Shown piece after piece: positions 50,751 through 60,837 of a stretch of DNA of 64,000 bases (position 1 is the first letter of the stretch; the number at the start of each line of letters is the position of its first letter). The position numbers and the translations under genes are program-made. Below the pieces are notes generated by a model. The model did no database searches, was not told the origin of the DNA, and saw only the letters and a list, made by a program, of their open reading frames with translations. This DNA comes from Anaerohalosphaeraceae bacterium (GTDB lineage: Bacteria > Planctomycetota > Phycisphaerae > Sedimentisphaerales > Anaerohalosphaeraceae): positions 224,001-288,000 of the forward strand of contig CAXXSL010000011.1 in NCBI GenBank assembly GCA_963675525.2. Direction: 5' to 3'.

Positions 50751-51514
50751 TTTTTATCTTCCTCTTTAAGAGCTTCTTTTATCAATTCCGTTTTCTTCGG
50801 CACAACCGGACACAACCAAAGCTGCAGTAAGGCGCCGATAACGGCCATCACAACCGCGATCAGGGCAAAAAACTGACGGCCCTCGGCAATCTTATTGATA
50901 GGCTCCGAACCTTTATACAACAAGAGAATCATCATGCCGGAATAGGTCAGCATCGTCCCAATGATCGAACAGGTCGCCGCACAGACCAGCCGCCAACGCC
51001 ACAGACCCAATACTCCTACGACAAAGACAGCCGCAATCGCCATCAATTTTCTTGACTGCGGAATATTGCTTACTGCCTGCTTGGTGGCTTGCCTGACCTG
51101 CGCGATCTTTGCCTGTACCCATTCGACACTTTCCAGAAAATCAAACTTTTGTTCAATGACCGGTAGATTGTCTACCGTTTTGGGTTTTTCGAAGCCGACC
51201 ATAACCGGCACGAATAATACCAGTATCGCCGCGACCAGGCCGCCTAAGACCACCACAATGAACTTATGAAAATAAACACCTAAGCCAGCCAGGATCACGG
51301 GAAATAATATCATCGGCACGAACTGCCGCTCTGTAAAAAACCAGGCGCATAACAACCCCGTCAGGGCCGCACTGAACGCGGCCAAGGTCTTCAGCCAACG
51401 CAAGCCGCCCAGCCACATAAAAAGGCCCGCACCTACCAGGACAAGGCCGGGAGCAACCAGCACGATCGGCAGAACCTGCTGAATCGTATCTTGTATTTCT
51501 CCAAAGAGGTCCAT
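50747..51514 (-). CDS. polytopic membrane protein, DUF4203-like
   Basis: GLFMWLGG, 7-8 hydrophobic helices, G.LLQ end; ATGA overlap with the next gene. Confidence 0.75.
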   Translation of the reverse strand: MDLFGEIQDTIQQVLPIVLVAPGLVLVGAGLFMWLGGLRWLKTLAAFSAALTGLLCAWFFTERQFVPMILFPVILAGLGVYFHKFIVVVLGGLVAAILVLFVPVMVGFEKPKTVDNLPVIEQKFDFLESVEWVQAKIAQVRQATKQAVSNIPQSRKLMAIAAVFVVGVLGLWRWRLVCAATCSIIGTMLTYSGMMILLLYKGSEPINKIAEGRQFFALIAVVMAVIGALLQLWLCPVVPKKTELIKEALKEEDKK

Positions 51515-51604
51515 AATAGTCTATAGTCATTATCGGCCTGAAAGAGTAAAAACCCTTAAAATTGGGTAAATGAAAAGAAATGAAAAGCAATGCGCATAAA
51601 AAAA

Positions 51605-51688
51605 TGCGGATGAGAGGATTTGAACCTCCACGTCCCAAAGGACACAGGCACCTGAAGCCTGCGCGTCTGCCAATTCCGCCACATCCGC
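51605..51688 (-). tRNA. tRNA-Leu(CAG), CCA not encoded
   Basis: GCGGATG/CATCCGC acceptor; CAGGC-TTCAGGT-GCCTG; long variable arm GTCC-TTTG-GGAC. Confidence 0.96.
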
Positions 51689-52002
51689 AACAAAGGGGGT
51701 AATATACTTGTTTTTGAGCCCGCGTCAAGAAGTTTTATGCTGATTTCATCGGGTTTTATGACATAAAATCACATCGGAAAACCGCTGTTTTCCAACAGCG
51801 GCACACGTTGGATCGCCACGCTGGAATATAAAGATTTCCCCGGACAGTCAAATTTCTCATAATATCTTAATAAAACAACACTTAAAGAAAAATTCAACGG
51901 CAAACACAATAGCTCTTAATAAATATTCAGAGTTTTTTTGGATAATTATCAATCCTGCGGTCACCAAAATCATCTTTATTCGTGGGTATACCCTGAAATA
52001 AT

Positions 52003-52170
52003 TCGAGGCCGCCTGAGTTGTATAAGTTGCAGGATCAGGCTGCGGCAGAACGAGCTGTGTATAACATAATGGGATGGGTTCGGTGACCCCCCAATACTAA
52101 CCCTCTACCATCCGGGGGCGTGACGACAGATACCTTTAACAAACAGTTCTGCGTCCCCGGATCTCTTTTA
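52003..52170 (+). ncRNA. candidate three-hairpin small RNA
   Basis: GC-rich stems in an AT-rich intergenic region: GCCTGA/TCAGGC, GGGTT/GACCC, ATCCGGGGGCG/CGTCCCCGGAT + CTCTTTT; strand inferred. Confidence 0.4.
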
Positions 52171-52176
52171 AAATAA

Positions 52177-52212
52177 AAAGCCCTGATTGTCGGTGCTGAC
52201 AATCAGGGCTTT
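52177..52212 (-). terminator. perfect hairpin terminator of the SPFH gene
   Basis: AAAGCCCTGATTGTC-GGTGCT-GACAATCAGGGCTTT. Confidence 0.8.
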
Positions 52213-52235
52213 GGTTGTGTCTAAACAGGCGGATT

Positions 52236-53192
52236 TTAGTTTTGCAGTTTTCCTGTCTTCAAAACAGCCGTCGCAGTCTTGATCACACCGGCGATATCCG
52301 CCAGATCCGTCGGAATAATCATCGAATTATTCGTCTGTGCCAGTTTCCCGAACTCATTAATATACTGCTCGGCAATTCGCAGATTAACAGCACTCGAACC
52401 CCCCTCTTCGTTGATGGCTTTGGCGATCTCGCGAATCCCCAGCGCAGTTGCCATCGCCACTTTCTCAATTTCGGCAGCACGGCCCTCGGCTTCATTAATA
52501 CGTTTTTGCTTTTCTCCTTCTGACTGGGCGATCATTTGCTGCTTTTCACCTTCGGCTCGGTTGATCTTAGCCTGGCGATCCCCTTCCGACTCGGCAATCA
52601 CCGCTCGTTTCTCACGCTCGGCACGCATTTGTTTTTCCATCGCATCTTTAATGCTCTTAGGCGGGAGAATATTCTTCACTTCATAACGGGTCACCTTGAC
52701 GCCCCACGGATCAGAGGCTTTATCCACGGCGGCAACAATCGCACAGTTGATCACGTCACGTTCCTCAAAGGTCTTGTCGAGGTCCAGTTTGCCCATCACG
52801 CTACGCATTGTCGTCTGAGCCAGTTGCGTGGACGCAAAGCGATAGTCATTAATCCCGTACGAGGCTCTTTTGGGGTCAAAAACCTGCATGTACAAAATGC
52901 CGTCCACCTCTACGGCGATATTGTCCCTGGTAATACACTGCTGCGGGGGGACATCCACCGCCTGTTCTTTTAAGGTGTGCCTGTAAGCGACCTGGTCAAC
53001 GAACGGAATCAGTATGTGGAAACCTGCTTCCAGTGTTTTGGAGTACTTTCCGAGCCGTTGGACGATGTAGGCTTCTTTTTGCGGCACAATACGGATGGTT
53101 TTGAAAAAGGCAACCAAGACAAATGCAACAATCACCAACAAAAAGACCATTAACGGATCCACCTCTGCCAGTATGTTTATTGTATGAAACAT
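52236..53192 (-). CDS. SPFH/stomatin-like protein (paraslipin/QmcA type)
   Basis: IVPQ, ITRDN..V.VDG, AQTTMRS..G, WGVKVTRYE.K.I.PP, ME.QM.AER.KRA. Confidence 0.94.
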   Translation of the reverse strand: MFHTINILAEVDPLMVFLLVIVAFVLVAFFKTIRIVPQKEAYIVQRLGKYSKTLEAGFHILIPFVDQVAYRHTLKEQAVDVPPQQCITRDNIAVEVDGILYMQVFDPKRASYGINDYRFASTQLAQTTMRSVMGKLDLDKTFEERDVINCAIVAAVDKASDPWGVKVTRYEVKNILPPKSIKDAMEKQMRAEREKRAVIAESEGDRQAKINRAEGEKQQMIAQSEGEKQKRINEAEGRAAEIEKVAMATALGIREIAKAINEEGGSSAVNLRIAEQYINEFGKLAQTNNSMIIPTDLADIAGVIKTATAVLKTGKLQN

Positions 53193-53211
53193 GTAATTCT
53201 CCCTTCTGTAA

Positions 53212-53670
53212 TTATAAAGGTTTAACAATTAACGTCAGATTATCACGACCGACGATCTCGACCATTTTTCCGGCCTGAATATCGCAGTCCGACTGTGCTT
53301 TCCAATCCACGCCGTTTAATTCAACACTGCCGGTTTGCGGGGGCTTGATCGCATGGGTCACAACAATTTTAAGCCCAATGAATTCCTCCAGATCTTCGGC
53401 AGCATTCTGTTTGGAATAAACATGACCGACGAAAATCCCCCGGATCCATTTTCGCAGGACCAGCAGCAACGCGACTGAACTGATCAGAAAAATAATTAGC
53501 TGGGTATTGACGGAAATGGGCGCGAATAAACAGATCAGCGCTACGACCCAAGCCCCGATACCGAAGAAAAAGACGATCAACCCGGGAATCGCAAACTCCA
53601 TCATCAGTAATATCAATCCGATCAGCGCCCAGATGAATTCGGGCTTTAAGAAATCTTTAATCCAGTCCAT
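53212..53670 (-). CDS. NfeD family protein (short, OB-fold)
   Basis: W..IG..L..ME..PG...FFG.GA; G.V.LNG..WKA; V.IV...LTL.V. Confidence 0.9.
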   Translation of the reverse strand: MDWIKDFLKPEFIWALIGLILLMMEFAIPGLIVFFFGIGAWVVALICLFAPISVNTQLIIFLISSVALLLVLRKWIRGIFVGHVYSKQNAAEDLEEFIGLKIVVTHAIKPPQTGSVELNGVDWKAQSDCDIQAGKMVEIVGRDNLTLIVKPL

Positions 53671-53778
53671 GTGTACTCCTTTCATTGACGATTCCGTTTG
53701 CGTATTATTTTACGCCTTCTGGAATCCATGTCACGCTTATTTTGGACCTAAAAATCGGAAAATTACCACTTCTATCCT

Positions 53779-53807
53779 TAAGACGCTGGCACAGTAGAGG
53801 TGTTTCA
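53779..53807 (-). promoter_or_regulatory. ECF sigma-type promoter TGAAAC-N16-CGTC
   Basis: minus strand TGAAACACCTCTACTGTGCCAGCGTCTTA. Confidence 0.65.
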
Positions 53808-54086
53808 GAAAAAAGAAAATTTGTCGAAAAATAGCTTTTTTTCCGTGCTGGCCCTGTTCTGGCCGATGAAAGTAAACTCCGATAAGGGGCTTTTTCAGAA
53901 AAATAAATGGCCTTTTTTATCCGGACTTTTGTGCTTTTAAAAAGTGAAAAACTGTATTTCTGCCAATAAGACGACCTTTTAGTAAAAAACTAATAAAATC
54001 CTAACTTTGCATTTATTTGTCCCCGTTATAGAATATATATCTTACACTTTATAGAGAAACCGTAAGCTCTGAGGGGGGCCTGAGAT

Positions 54087-54953
54087 ATGAAAACCAAACT
54101 ATACATTTTATTGATGATTGCCGCGACAGCGGCAGGTTATACACACGGTCAACAGGTATCGTCTGAGGAGGGTGCGACCGGGCCCTGTCTGAGTCTGAAT
54201 TATCATCCCAATCTACCCGGGCAGTCAAACCCTGTTGATTGCTTCATGTATTTTGTACCCCTGACCTCCCTGACATCCGTTACCGTTTCCACCGCTCCCG
54301 AGACAACCTTTTCCGCAAACATTACCAGTTGGAAAACCGAAGAGCGTGGAAAGACGGTTCGTGTGAAATGTAATTTCGAAATTACCGGCGACGGCAATTA
54401 TTCGGCATCTTATAATCCTGAGGAGATGATCAAAAATCAGCTCCTGCGAAAAAAGAACCCCGGTGAAATCACCAAACTGCTGGACTCGATTTGCATCACC
54501 GGCTCCTGTAAGGGGCGGATTGAAGGCATCGGCAAAGTTAATGGCGACAGTATTCTAATGGAGCAGGTCGAAGTTTCATTTAATCGGGACAATACCGAAA
54601 GCCCCGTCGAAATCAGTATCTACGACATTTCCAAAGAAAACGGCACCTTTCTCTATGAAAACCGCACAAATTGCCAAGTGGCCCGAGTTAATTCACTGAC
54701 ATTCAAACAGGACAAAAACGGAAATCCCAGCATGTCAGTGGAAATCGCTTCGTTGAAAAAAGCGAAGGCCAAAGAAGGCGTTTTTTCGAAACTGACCGCG
54801 ATGATTGCCAATATCCTGTTGACCTCGACGCCCGTTGACCCCGTCGGCAACGCCACCCTAATGGACTTCAGCACGGCACTATACAAGAAAAAACCCATGT
54901 TCGTTTTCCCTTATGCCGATAACATCAAAATGCGGCAGGTGTCAAAACTTTAG
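54087..54953 (+). CDS. secreted hypothetical protein
   Basis: signal peptide, GAGGGG RBS, 288 aa, no recognised domain. Confidence 0.75.
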   Translation: MKTKLYILLMIAATAAGYTHGQQVSSEEGATGPCLSLNYHPNLPGQSNPVDCFMYFVPLTSLTSVTVSTAPETTFSANITSWKTEERGKTVRVKCNFEITGDGNYSASYNPEEMIKNQLLRKKNPGEITKLLDSICITGSCKGRIEGIGKVNGDSILMEQVEVSFNRDNTESPVEISIYDISKENGTFLYENRTNCQVARVNSLTFKQDKNGNPSMSVEIASLKKAKAKEGVFSKLTAMIANILLTSTPVDPVGNATLMDFSTALYKKKPMFVFPYADNIKMRQVSKL

Positions 54954-55813
54954 TCGCCCAACTGGCCGGGACGGCAAATCGCGTTGGCCACTTTCACCAC
55001 ATCGGCAATCTGCAGAACATCATGAACGCGTACAATCGAGACGCCCTTTTCGATCGCCAGAGTCACTGTCGCGGCGGTGCCGAATATCCGGTCCGCAGCT
55101 TTGTCTCTGCCGGTCAACTCTCCGATGAAGCGTTTGCGGCTGGTGCCGATGAGTACGCGGTAACCCATATCACAGAACAATTCCATACGATTGAGCAATT
55201 GTAAATTATGTTCTGTTGTCTTGCCGAAACCAATGCCGGGGTCGATAAAAATGCATTCCGGTTGAACGCCTGCATTTTCAGCAGATTTGGCCCGCTCCAT
55301 CAGGAACTCAGCCACCTCGGAAACCACGTCATCATAATGCGGGTCGGCCTGCATCGTCTGCGGGGTCCCCTGCATGTGCATCAAAATCACCGGCACCTGA
55401 CAGGCAACTGCTGTCTGCGCCATGTTGTCATCGGCCAATGCACTAATGTCGTTAATGATGGATGCCCCGGCTTCGATGGCAGCCTGAGCAACATCCGGGT
55501 TTTTCGTGTCGATGCTGATGGGACTATCGATCTTCTTCGACAATTTTTTGATAACCGGAACGGCACGTTTGATCTGCTCATCTTTGGATACCGATTCGGA
55601 ACCCGGCCGGGTGGATTCCGGGCCGACATCGATGATCGCCGCGCCCTGGGCTGCCATTTCGATACCGTGAGCAACCGCTTTATCGACATCCAGGAATTGC
55701 CCGCCGTCACTGAAGGAATCCGGCGTGACATTTAGAATACCCATCACAAGGCAGCCGCCGGAGAAATCCAGTTTGCCCTTCGGCCATTCAATTATGTCCG
55801 GCAATTTTTTCAT
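54950..55813 (-). CDS. folP: dihydropteroate synthase
   Basis: MGILNVTPDSFSDGG, ESTRPG, SIDT, DPGIGFGK, SRKRF, RVHDV. Confidence 0.96.
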   Translation of the reverse strand: MKKLPDIIEWPKGKLDFSGGCLVMGILNVTPDSFSDGGQFLDVDKAVAHGIEMAAQGAAIIDVGPESTRPGSESVSKDEQIKRAVPVIKKLSKKIDSPISIDTKNPDVAQAAIEAGASIINDISALADDNMAQTAVACQVPVILMHMQGTPQTMQADPHYDDVVSEVAEFLMERAKSAENAGVQPECIFIDPGIGFGKTTEHNLQLLNRMELFCDMGYRVLIGTSRKRFIGELTGRDKAADRIFGTAATVTLAIEKGVSIVRVHDVLQIADVVKVANAICRPGQLGD

Positions 55814-55827
55814 TTCACTTTCTTTTC

Positions 55828-55897
55828 TGTCATGCCGGACTTGACCCGGCATCCAGTTGGCATCCTACTGGGCCCCGGTTTGGAGGCCGGGGTGACA
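55828..55897. repeat. inverted pair of GTCA-type REP-like palindromes
   Basis: TGTCATGCCGGACTTGACCCGGCATCCAG ... CTGGGCCCCGGTTTGGAGGCCGGGGTGACA. Confidence 0.75.
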
Positions 55898-55905
55898 TGT
55901 TAGAG

Positions 55906-57066
55906 TCATCTTTTTACTTTAAAACCAATACCGATCAGTTTTTTGACCAGGTTGCTTTGCGTATCGCGCGGCAAAACAGTTGTATTCTGAAACTCCCGGC
56001 GTACGGGGTAATTCTTTCGCAGACCGTCAAACCAGTCACCTTGTTCGCTTTCGGGCTGCAGGAGAATCTCCCGCATATTGAAATCGTCGCGGTTGATGAC
56101 ATAGACCTGCTGGACGGTGTCGTGGATAATGTGTTCTTCGCCGGCGGCAAGTTGGTCGTCGGTAATGTGAATTTCGGGGACTTCGGGCGCGGGCAGAAAA
56201 TCCTGCACTGTTTTTACGGCTTCAAGTTTGAAATGTTGACACATCGCCTGATAAATCATGACCATGCCCACGACCTTGCCGTCAAACGAATAGCCCGCGA
56301 TGTGCGGTGTGGAGATGTCAACCTTTTTCAGAAGCCACGGGTCCACGTTCGGTTCGGTCTCCCAGACATCCAATACGACGGCGGAAAGCCTGCCGGACTG
56401 CATCGCTTTTTTCAATGCGACTTCGTCCTGCACCTTGCCGCGGGCCGAGTTCAGGAAAACCGTACCTTCCTTCATCGAGGCAAAGAATGTTTCATCGGCC
56501 AGATGAAAGGTTTTGTCGGGGCCGTCTTTGGTCAGCGGAGTATGCATCGTCACAAAGTCACAGGCGAAGACTTCATCCAGCGGACGGTATTTCGCATCGC
56601 CGGTTTGTCTTTGCAACGGCGGATCGTTCAAGACAACCTTCATACCGAGCGCCCGGCATTTGGCTTCGACCCGGCTGCCGACATTGCCAACGCCGACAAT
56701 GCCGATGGATTTGCCTTCCAGCTGAAAATTCTGTTTTTTGCCCAGCACTAATAACGCCGCGACGATGTATTCGGCGACACTGTTGGCATTGGAACCGGGC
56801 GCCGAGGCAAAGCCGATGCCTTTGGCGGCCAGGTAGTCCTGATCGACATGCTCAGTGCCAATGGTGGCGGTGGCGACGAATTTAACGTTGCTGCCTTCGA
56901 GCAGTCCGGCGTTGACTTTCGTGATACTGCGCACCAGCAGTGCATCGGCCTCTTTAACAATATCGGGTGTAATCTGCCTGCCACCGACAAGTGTCACCTG
57001 CCCTATCGACGAAAAACACGCTTCCACAAACGGGATATTCTGATCGGCAATAATCTTCATACTCAC
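55906..57066 (-). CDS. pdxB: erythronate-4-phosphate dehydrogenase
   Basis: MKIIADQNIP, LLVRSIT, TATIGTEH, APGSNA.SVAEY, TPHIAGYS.DGK, RKNYPVRRE. Confidence 0.94.
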   Translation of the reverse strand: MSMKIIADQNIPFVEACFSSIGQVTLVGGRQITPDIVKEADALLVRSITKVNAGLLEGSNVKFVATATIGTEHVDQDYLAAKGIGFASAPGSNANSVAEYIVAALLVLGKKQNFQLEGKSIGIVGVGNVGSRVEAKCRALGMKVVLNDPPLQRQTGDAKYRPLDEVFACDFVTMHTPLTKDGPDKTFHLADETFFASMKEGTVFLNSARGKVQDEVALKKAMQSGRLSAVVLDVWETEPNVDPWLLKKVDISTPHIAGYSFDGKVVGMVMIYQAMCQHFKLEAVKTVQDFLPAPEVPEIHITDDQLAAGEEHIIHDTVQQVYVINRDDFNMREILLQPESEQGDWFDGLRKNYPVRREFQNTTVLPRDTQSNLVKKLIGIGFKVKR

Positions 57067-57420
57067 ATTGTATCCTATACCTTTATTGGTTTTTAAGCCT
57101 ACTTTTTACACTTTTGTTGAAATAACACCCGAGCATTATACAGAAATACATATACATTGGCAACTATGTTCCAAAACCATCTACCCGCTCTTAAAATGAG
57201 TCTTTCCTCAAGGATTATGGGATATGTTAACCCGAGTTAACAGACAATCTCTGCATTATACTTCTGTAATCTATGAACTGTTTTAGACTGAGTATTCGTA
57301 ATAATATTGACAAAGAATTCAAATTTTTATTGAAATGGTTTGCCGTTTCCATCATAATAAAATTGTACAGTACATGACTGATTATTATTTTAACGTTTAT
57401 CTTTTTCGATGGGGGTTGTG

Positions 57421-59196
57421 ATGAAAAAGTTTTCAGCGTTTTTTGTCGTCGTCGTATTATTTTTAAACAGTTTATCACTTGCCGTCATTCCCGAACACCA
57501 GGCCATCACTGAGTACAACGGTCCGGCAACCTGCATTGAATGTCACGATGTCGAGGCCGAAAGCATGTTTACTTCCGTTCACTATCAATGGACCGGCCCG
57601 ACGCCAAATGTTCCCAATATCCCAGCCAATGCAGGCAAGGCCGATCTCGGTTTCAATACCTATTGCGGCAGTGTCGTCAGTTCCCCCCGTGCAACGTGTG
57701 CATCCTGTCATGTCGGCTACGGCAACACCCCCAGCGCGACAATGAGCTATCGGCAATTGGCAAATATTGACTGCCTAATGTGTCATCAGGATCAATACCA
57801 GCGGAAGCTGGTCGATCCATATCCCGTGGGTGATTTCAATTGGGATCGCTATGTCGATACACTTGACCTGTCGATATTCGGCAACCACTGGTTATTAATG
57901 GACTGCTCCCTGCCATTAGGATGCGGCCTGTCCGACTTAACGAATAATCGCGATGTTGACCTGCATGATTACTCAATTTTCTCGCAGCATTGGGGCGACT
58001 GTACCGATGCGGATGCGCCGTGTAATTCTACCGGGGGCTTTGCCCAGAAGACATTTACTGATTACCAGGGAACCGAACACACATGGAACCTGCCGGTCCA
58101 TGACGACGACGGCAGTTTTCAATACGGGCCGGACGAGACAGCGATGGGGATCACCGCGGTCGAGGCGGCACAGACCGTACACTTGCCGACGCGGGCATCG
58201 TGCCTGCGGTGTCATGCGTATGCTGCGGGAACCAATTGCGGTAAACGGGGTGACATCTCCACCGCCAGTATCAGTCCGCCGGCGAATCTGGACGTTCATA
58301 TGTCACCGGATGCCGAGGGTGAAAATATGAGCTGTCAGGATTGCCACGAATACGATAATCACCATGTACTTGGACGAGGACTGGACCTGCGGCCAAACGA
58401 CCGGCCCGAGCGACTGACCTGTACGAATTGTCATAATTCCCAGCCGCATGACTCAACGCAACTCAATCAACACACGGTTCGGGTTGCCTGCCAGACATGC
58501 CATATTCCAACGTATGCGAAAATGGGTTTCAGTACAGAGGTCGAACGCAACTGGGAGCACCCGCATTGGGCGGCCGGACTGTTTGGTGGTCAAGGCGGCT
58601 ACAAGCCCGAGGAACTTCGCGACAGCAATCTGACACCGACGTATGCATGGTTTGACGGCACCAGCAATGTCTATGCACGCGGAGAGGTGATTGTTCAAAA
58701 CGCAATGGGATACTATGAGATGGGCAGCCCGAACGGCGATGTCAATTCGGCCGGCGCGCAAATTTATCCCATGAAGGAACATATCTCCAACTCAGCCCGC
58801 CACGATACGACCGGGCAACTGGTCCCCCACTCGACGTTTAAGTATTTCGTGACCGGAGATTTCAACCAAGCGGTTGCCGACGGCATGGCCTTCGCGGGTC
58901 TGACCGGAAGCTGGACGCTAGTGCCGGTCCATACCTATCAGACGATCAATCATGGCGTGGAACCGTCAGACAATGCGTTGGCGTGCGGACAGTGTCATGA
59001 CTCACTCGGCAGCCAAACGTTGCGGATGGACCTGCAGGGCGAACTGGGCTACGAACTCAAACCTGGCCTGTCGAACGGCAACTGCACGATCTGCCATGAA
59101 CGCAAAGAAGTCAAACCGTTCAAAACCATCCATGACATCCACGTCAAGGACAAGGGCTATGACTGCTCCTGGTGCCATAATTTCTCACGGCTCTAA
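57421..59196 (+). CDS. secreted multiheme cytochrome c (octaheme tetrathionate-reductase-like core + 2 extra hemes) with internal dockerin-like insert
   Basis: signal peptide; 10 CxxCH; OTR-like motifs H.QW, NTYC, IDCL.CH, KRGD, DVHM, VACQTCHIP.YA, INHGV. Confidence 0.88.
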   Translation: MKKFSAFFVVVVLFLNSLSLAVIPEHQAITEYNGPATCIECHDVEAESMFTSVHYQWTGPTPNVPNIPANAGKADLGFNTYCGSVVSSPRATCASCHVGYGNTPSATMSYRQLANIDCLMCHQDQYQRKLVDPYPVGDFNWDRYVDTLDLSIFGNHWLLMDCSLPLGCGLSDLTNNRDVDLHDYSIFSQHWGDCTDADAPCNSTGGFAQKTFTDYQGTEHTWNLPVHDDDGSFQYGPDETAMGITAVEAAQTVHLPTRASCLRCHAYAAGTNCGKRGDISTASISPPANLDVHMSPDAEGENMSCQDCHEYDNHHVLGRGLDLRPNDRPERLTCTNCHNSQPHDSTQLNQHTVRVACQTCHIPTYAKMGFSTEVERNWEHPHWAAGLFGGQGGYKPEELRDSNLTPTYAWFDGTSNVYARGEVIVQNAMGYYEMGSPNGDVNSAGAQIYPMKEHISNSARHDTTGQLVPHSTFKYFVTGDFNQAVADGMAFAGLTGSWTLVPVHTYQTINHGVEPSDNALACGQCHDSLGSQTLRMDLQGELGYELKPGLSNGNCTICHERKEVKPFKTIHDIHVKDKGYDCSWCHNFSRL

Positions 59197-59215
59197 CGCA
59201 ACCAGAGCATGGGGT

Positions 59216-59848
59216 TTAGGCCTGCCCTAAATCTCGAAGATGCTTAATCGCATCCGGCTCCAGAGGCTTGGCTTTGGGATTCGTCAGTAAAATTTGGCAG
59301 GCCATCTCAAAAAAGACGGCCTGTTGGATTGCGTCGTTGATGTTTTTGGCGATGGTAACAAGGCCGTGATTTTTCAGAATCGCCAGGTGTGTTTGAGCAT
59401 CTTTAAACACCTCGATCACAGCCTGAGCCAGTTGGGGCGAACCGGGCGGCAGGTACGGTACCACGGCGGGCGTTCCAATATAAACCGGCCCTTCAATCGT
59501 CAGATTGTAATCGTGCGTTTCGGGCTTGCCGCAAGAGATGGCCGTCGCATACGGGCTTTGAAAATGCAGGACGACATTCGTTTCGGGACGGCTTTTCAAA
59601 ATACCCAGATGGAACACGCTTTCACAGCTCGGCGTTTTGTCATTGATGCATTTGCCGGTTGAAATTTCACAGACGGCCGTCTGTTCGGCCGTTATTTCAC
59701 TCAGCCATGACCGGCTGGCCGAAAGCAGTGCGATATCCGGCTCGATCCGCCACGACAGGTTACCGCTGCTGCACCGCACCAAATCATACGCCGCAACTTT
59801 ATGACAGGCCGCAACAAAATCCTGTATTTTCGACTCATATACACTCAT
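59216..59848 (-). CDS. class II aldolase/adducin family protein
   Basis: SSGNLS.R, PSCE..FH, VLHFQSPYAT, LKNHG. Confidence 0.9.
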   Translation of the reverse strand: MSVYESKIQDFVAACHKVAAYDLVRCSSGNLSWRIEPDIALLSASRSWLSEITAEQTAVCEISTGKCINDKTPSCESVFHLGILKSRPETNVVLHFQSPYATAISCGKPETHDYNLTIEGPVYIGTPAVVPYLPPGSPQLAQAVIEVFKDAQTHLAILKNHGLVTIAKNINDAIQQAVFFEMACQILLTNPKAKPLEPDAIKHLRDLGQA

Positions 59849-59892
59849 GCGATCTCCATTGGATAATATTAGCGGCCGCCATCATACCCCAT

Positions 59893-60696
59893 TTATACCT
59901 TTTTCGCAACGGCCTTGAACCAGGTATAGAAAAACGTGCCTTCATCAATCTCATCCACACGGGATAGATCGGCGATGCCCTGCCGGTACATGTTTTCGGG
60001 CACAAGTTTGTTTTTCAGGATCGTTTCTTCGGCGGACTGCACCATGGGCACGATGATATGATTGACCATGCCGTCGCGCAGTGCGGGTTTGAGTTTGTCG
60101 GCATAGAGCCACGCCGGAACGCAGCTTTGCAGATTCAATCCGGCTTCGGTCACCAATGGCGTCAGTCTGCGTCCAATGTTGGGATCGTGGCCGATGTTGC
60201 GCTGGGCGGTAATGAGGCCGTTCCATGCGGCGATGGACTCAGGCGTTTCCGGATGCCAGAAGCAGGAACCGTGGTCGCCCTCGATGACGGTGATGGTCCC
60301 GCCTGTTTTGAGTACGCGTTTCAGCTCGACAAGCGCTGTGACGGGGTCGTCCAGATGCTCCAGCACAAAACAGACGAAGATGTGGTCGAATGCTTCATCG
60401 GCAAAGGACAGGGTGGTGATATTCTCCTGCTGAAATGTGACATTGCCGAAACAGGCCTGCTCCTTGAGCCGTTTGGCAGTCGCCAGCGATTTTTCGGAAA
60501 TGTCAATGCAGGTATAGTCCGCATCGCTGCTTCGCTTGAGCAAAAGGCGCGTCTGCGCCCCCACGCCACAACCAGCCTCTAGTACCTTGCTGCCGGCGGG
60601 AAACTGCGTCCCGGCGTGGATAATGTCTTCCAGTATTTCAGCCTGCTCGTATAGACGCTGCGTTTCCCGCTCCGAATATCCGTGTACATATGCCAT
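59893..60696 (-). CDS. class I SAM-dependent methyltransferase
   Basis: YVHGYS.RE..RL, VLEAGCGVG, FDHIFVCFVLEHL. Confidence 0.92.
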   Translation of the reverse strand: MAYVHGYSERETQRLYEQAEILEDIIHAGTQFPAGSKVLEAGCGVGAQTRLLLKRSSDADYTCIDISEKSLATAKRLKEQACFGNVTFQQENITTLSFADEAFDHIFVCFVLEHLDDPVTALVELKRVLKTGGTITVIEGDHGSCFWHPETPESIAAWNGLITAQRNIGHDPNIGRRLTPLVTEAGLNLQSCVPAWLYADKLKPALRDGMVNHIIVPMVQSAEETILKNKLVPENMYRQGIADLSRVDEIDEGTFFYTWFKAVAKKV

Positions 60697-60780
60697 TGTT
60701 ATATCCTTTCGTCTTTGAAACGGGAATTATAGCAAAAGCTGTTTCGGACAGCGACAAAAAAACGTCTATTCCAACCAACA

Positions 60781-60814
60781 AAAAAGGCAGACCCAATGAG
60801 TGAGCCTGCCTTTT
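60781..60814 (-). terminator. terminator of the PEP-CTERM gene
   Basis: AAAAGGCAG...CTGCCTTTT inverted repeat. Confidence 0.6.
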
Positions 60815-60837
60815 GTAATCGCATTGCATTGCTGCCG

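Noticed and set aside
57307..57322. FNR-like box upstream of the multiheme cytochrome
   Set aside because: TTGAC-N6-TTCAA has the wrong spacing and half-site; TTGAAA-N17-CATAAT (57330-57358) explains the promoter
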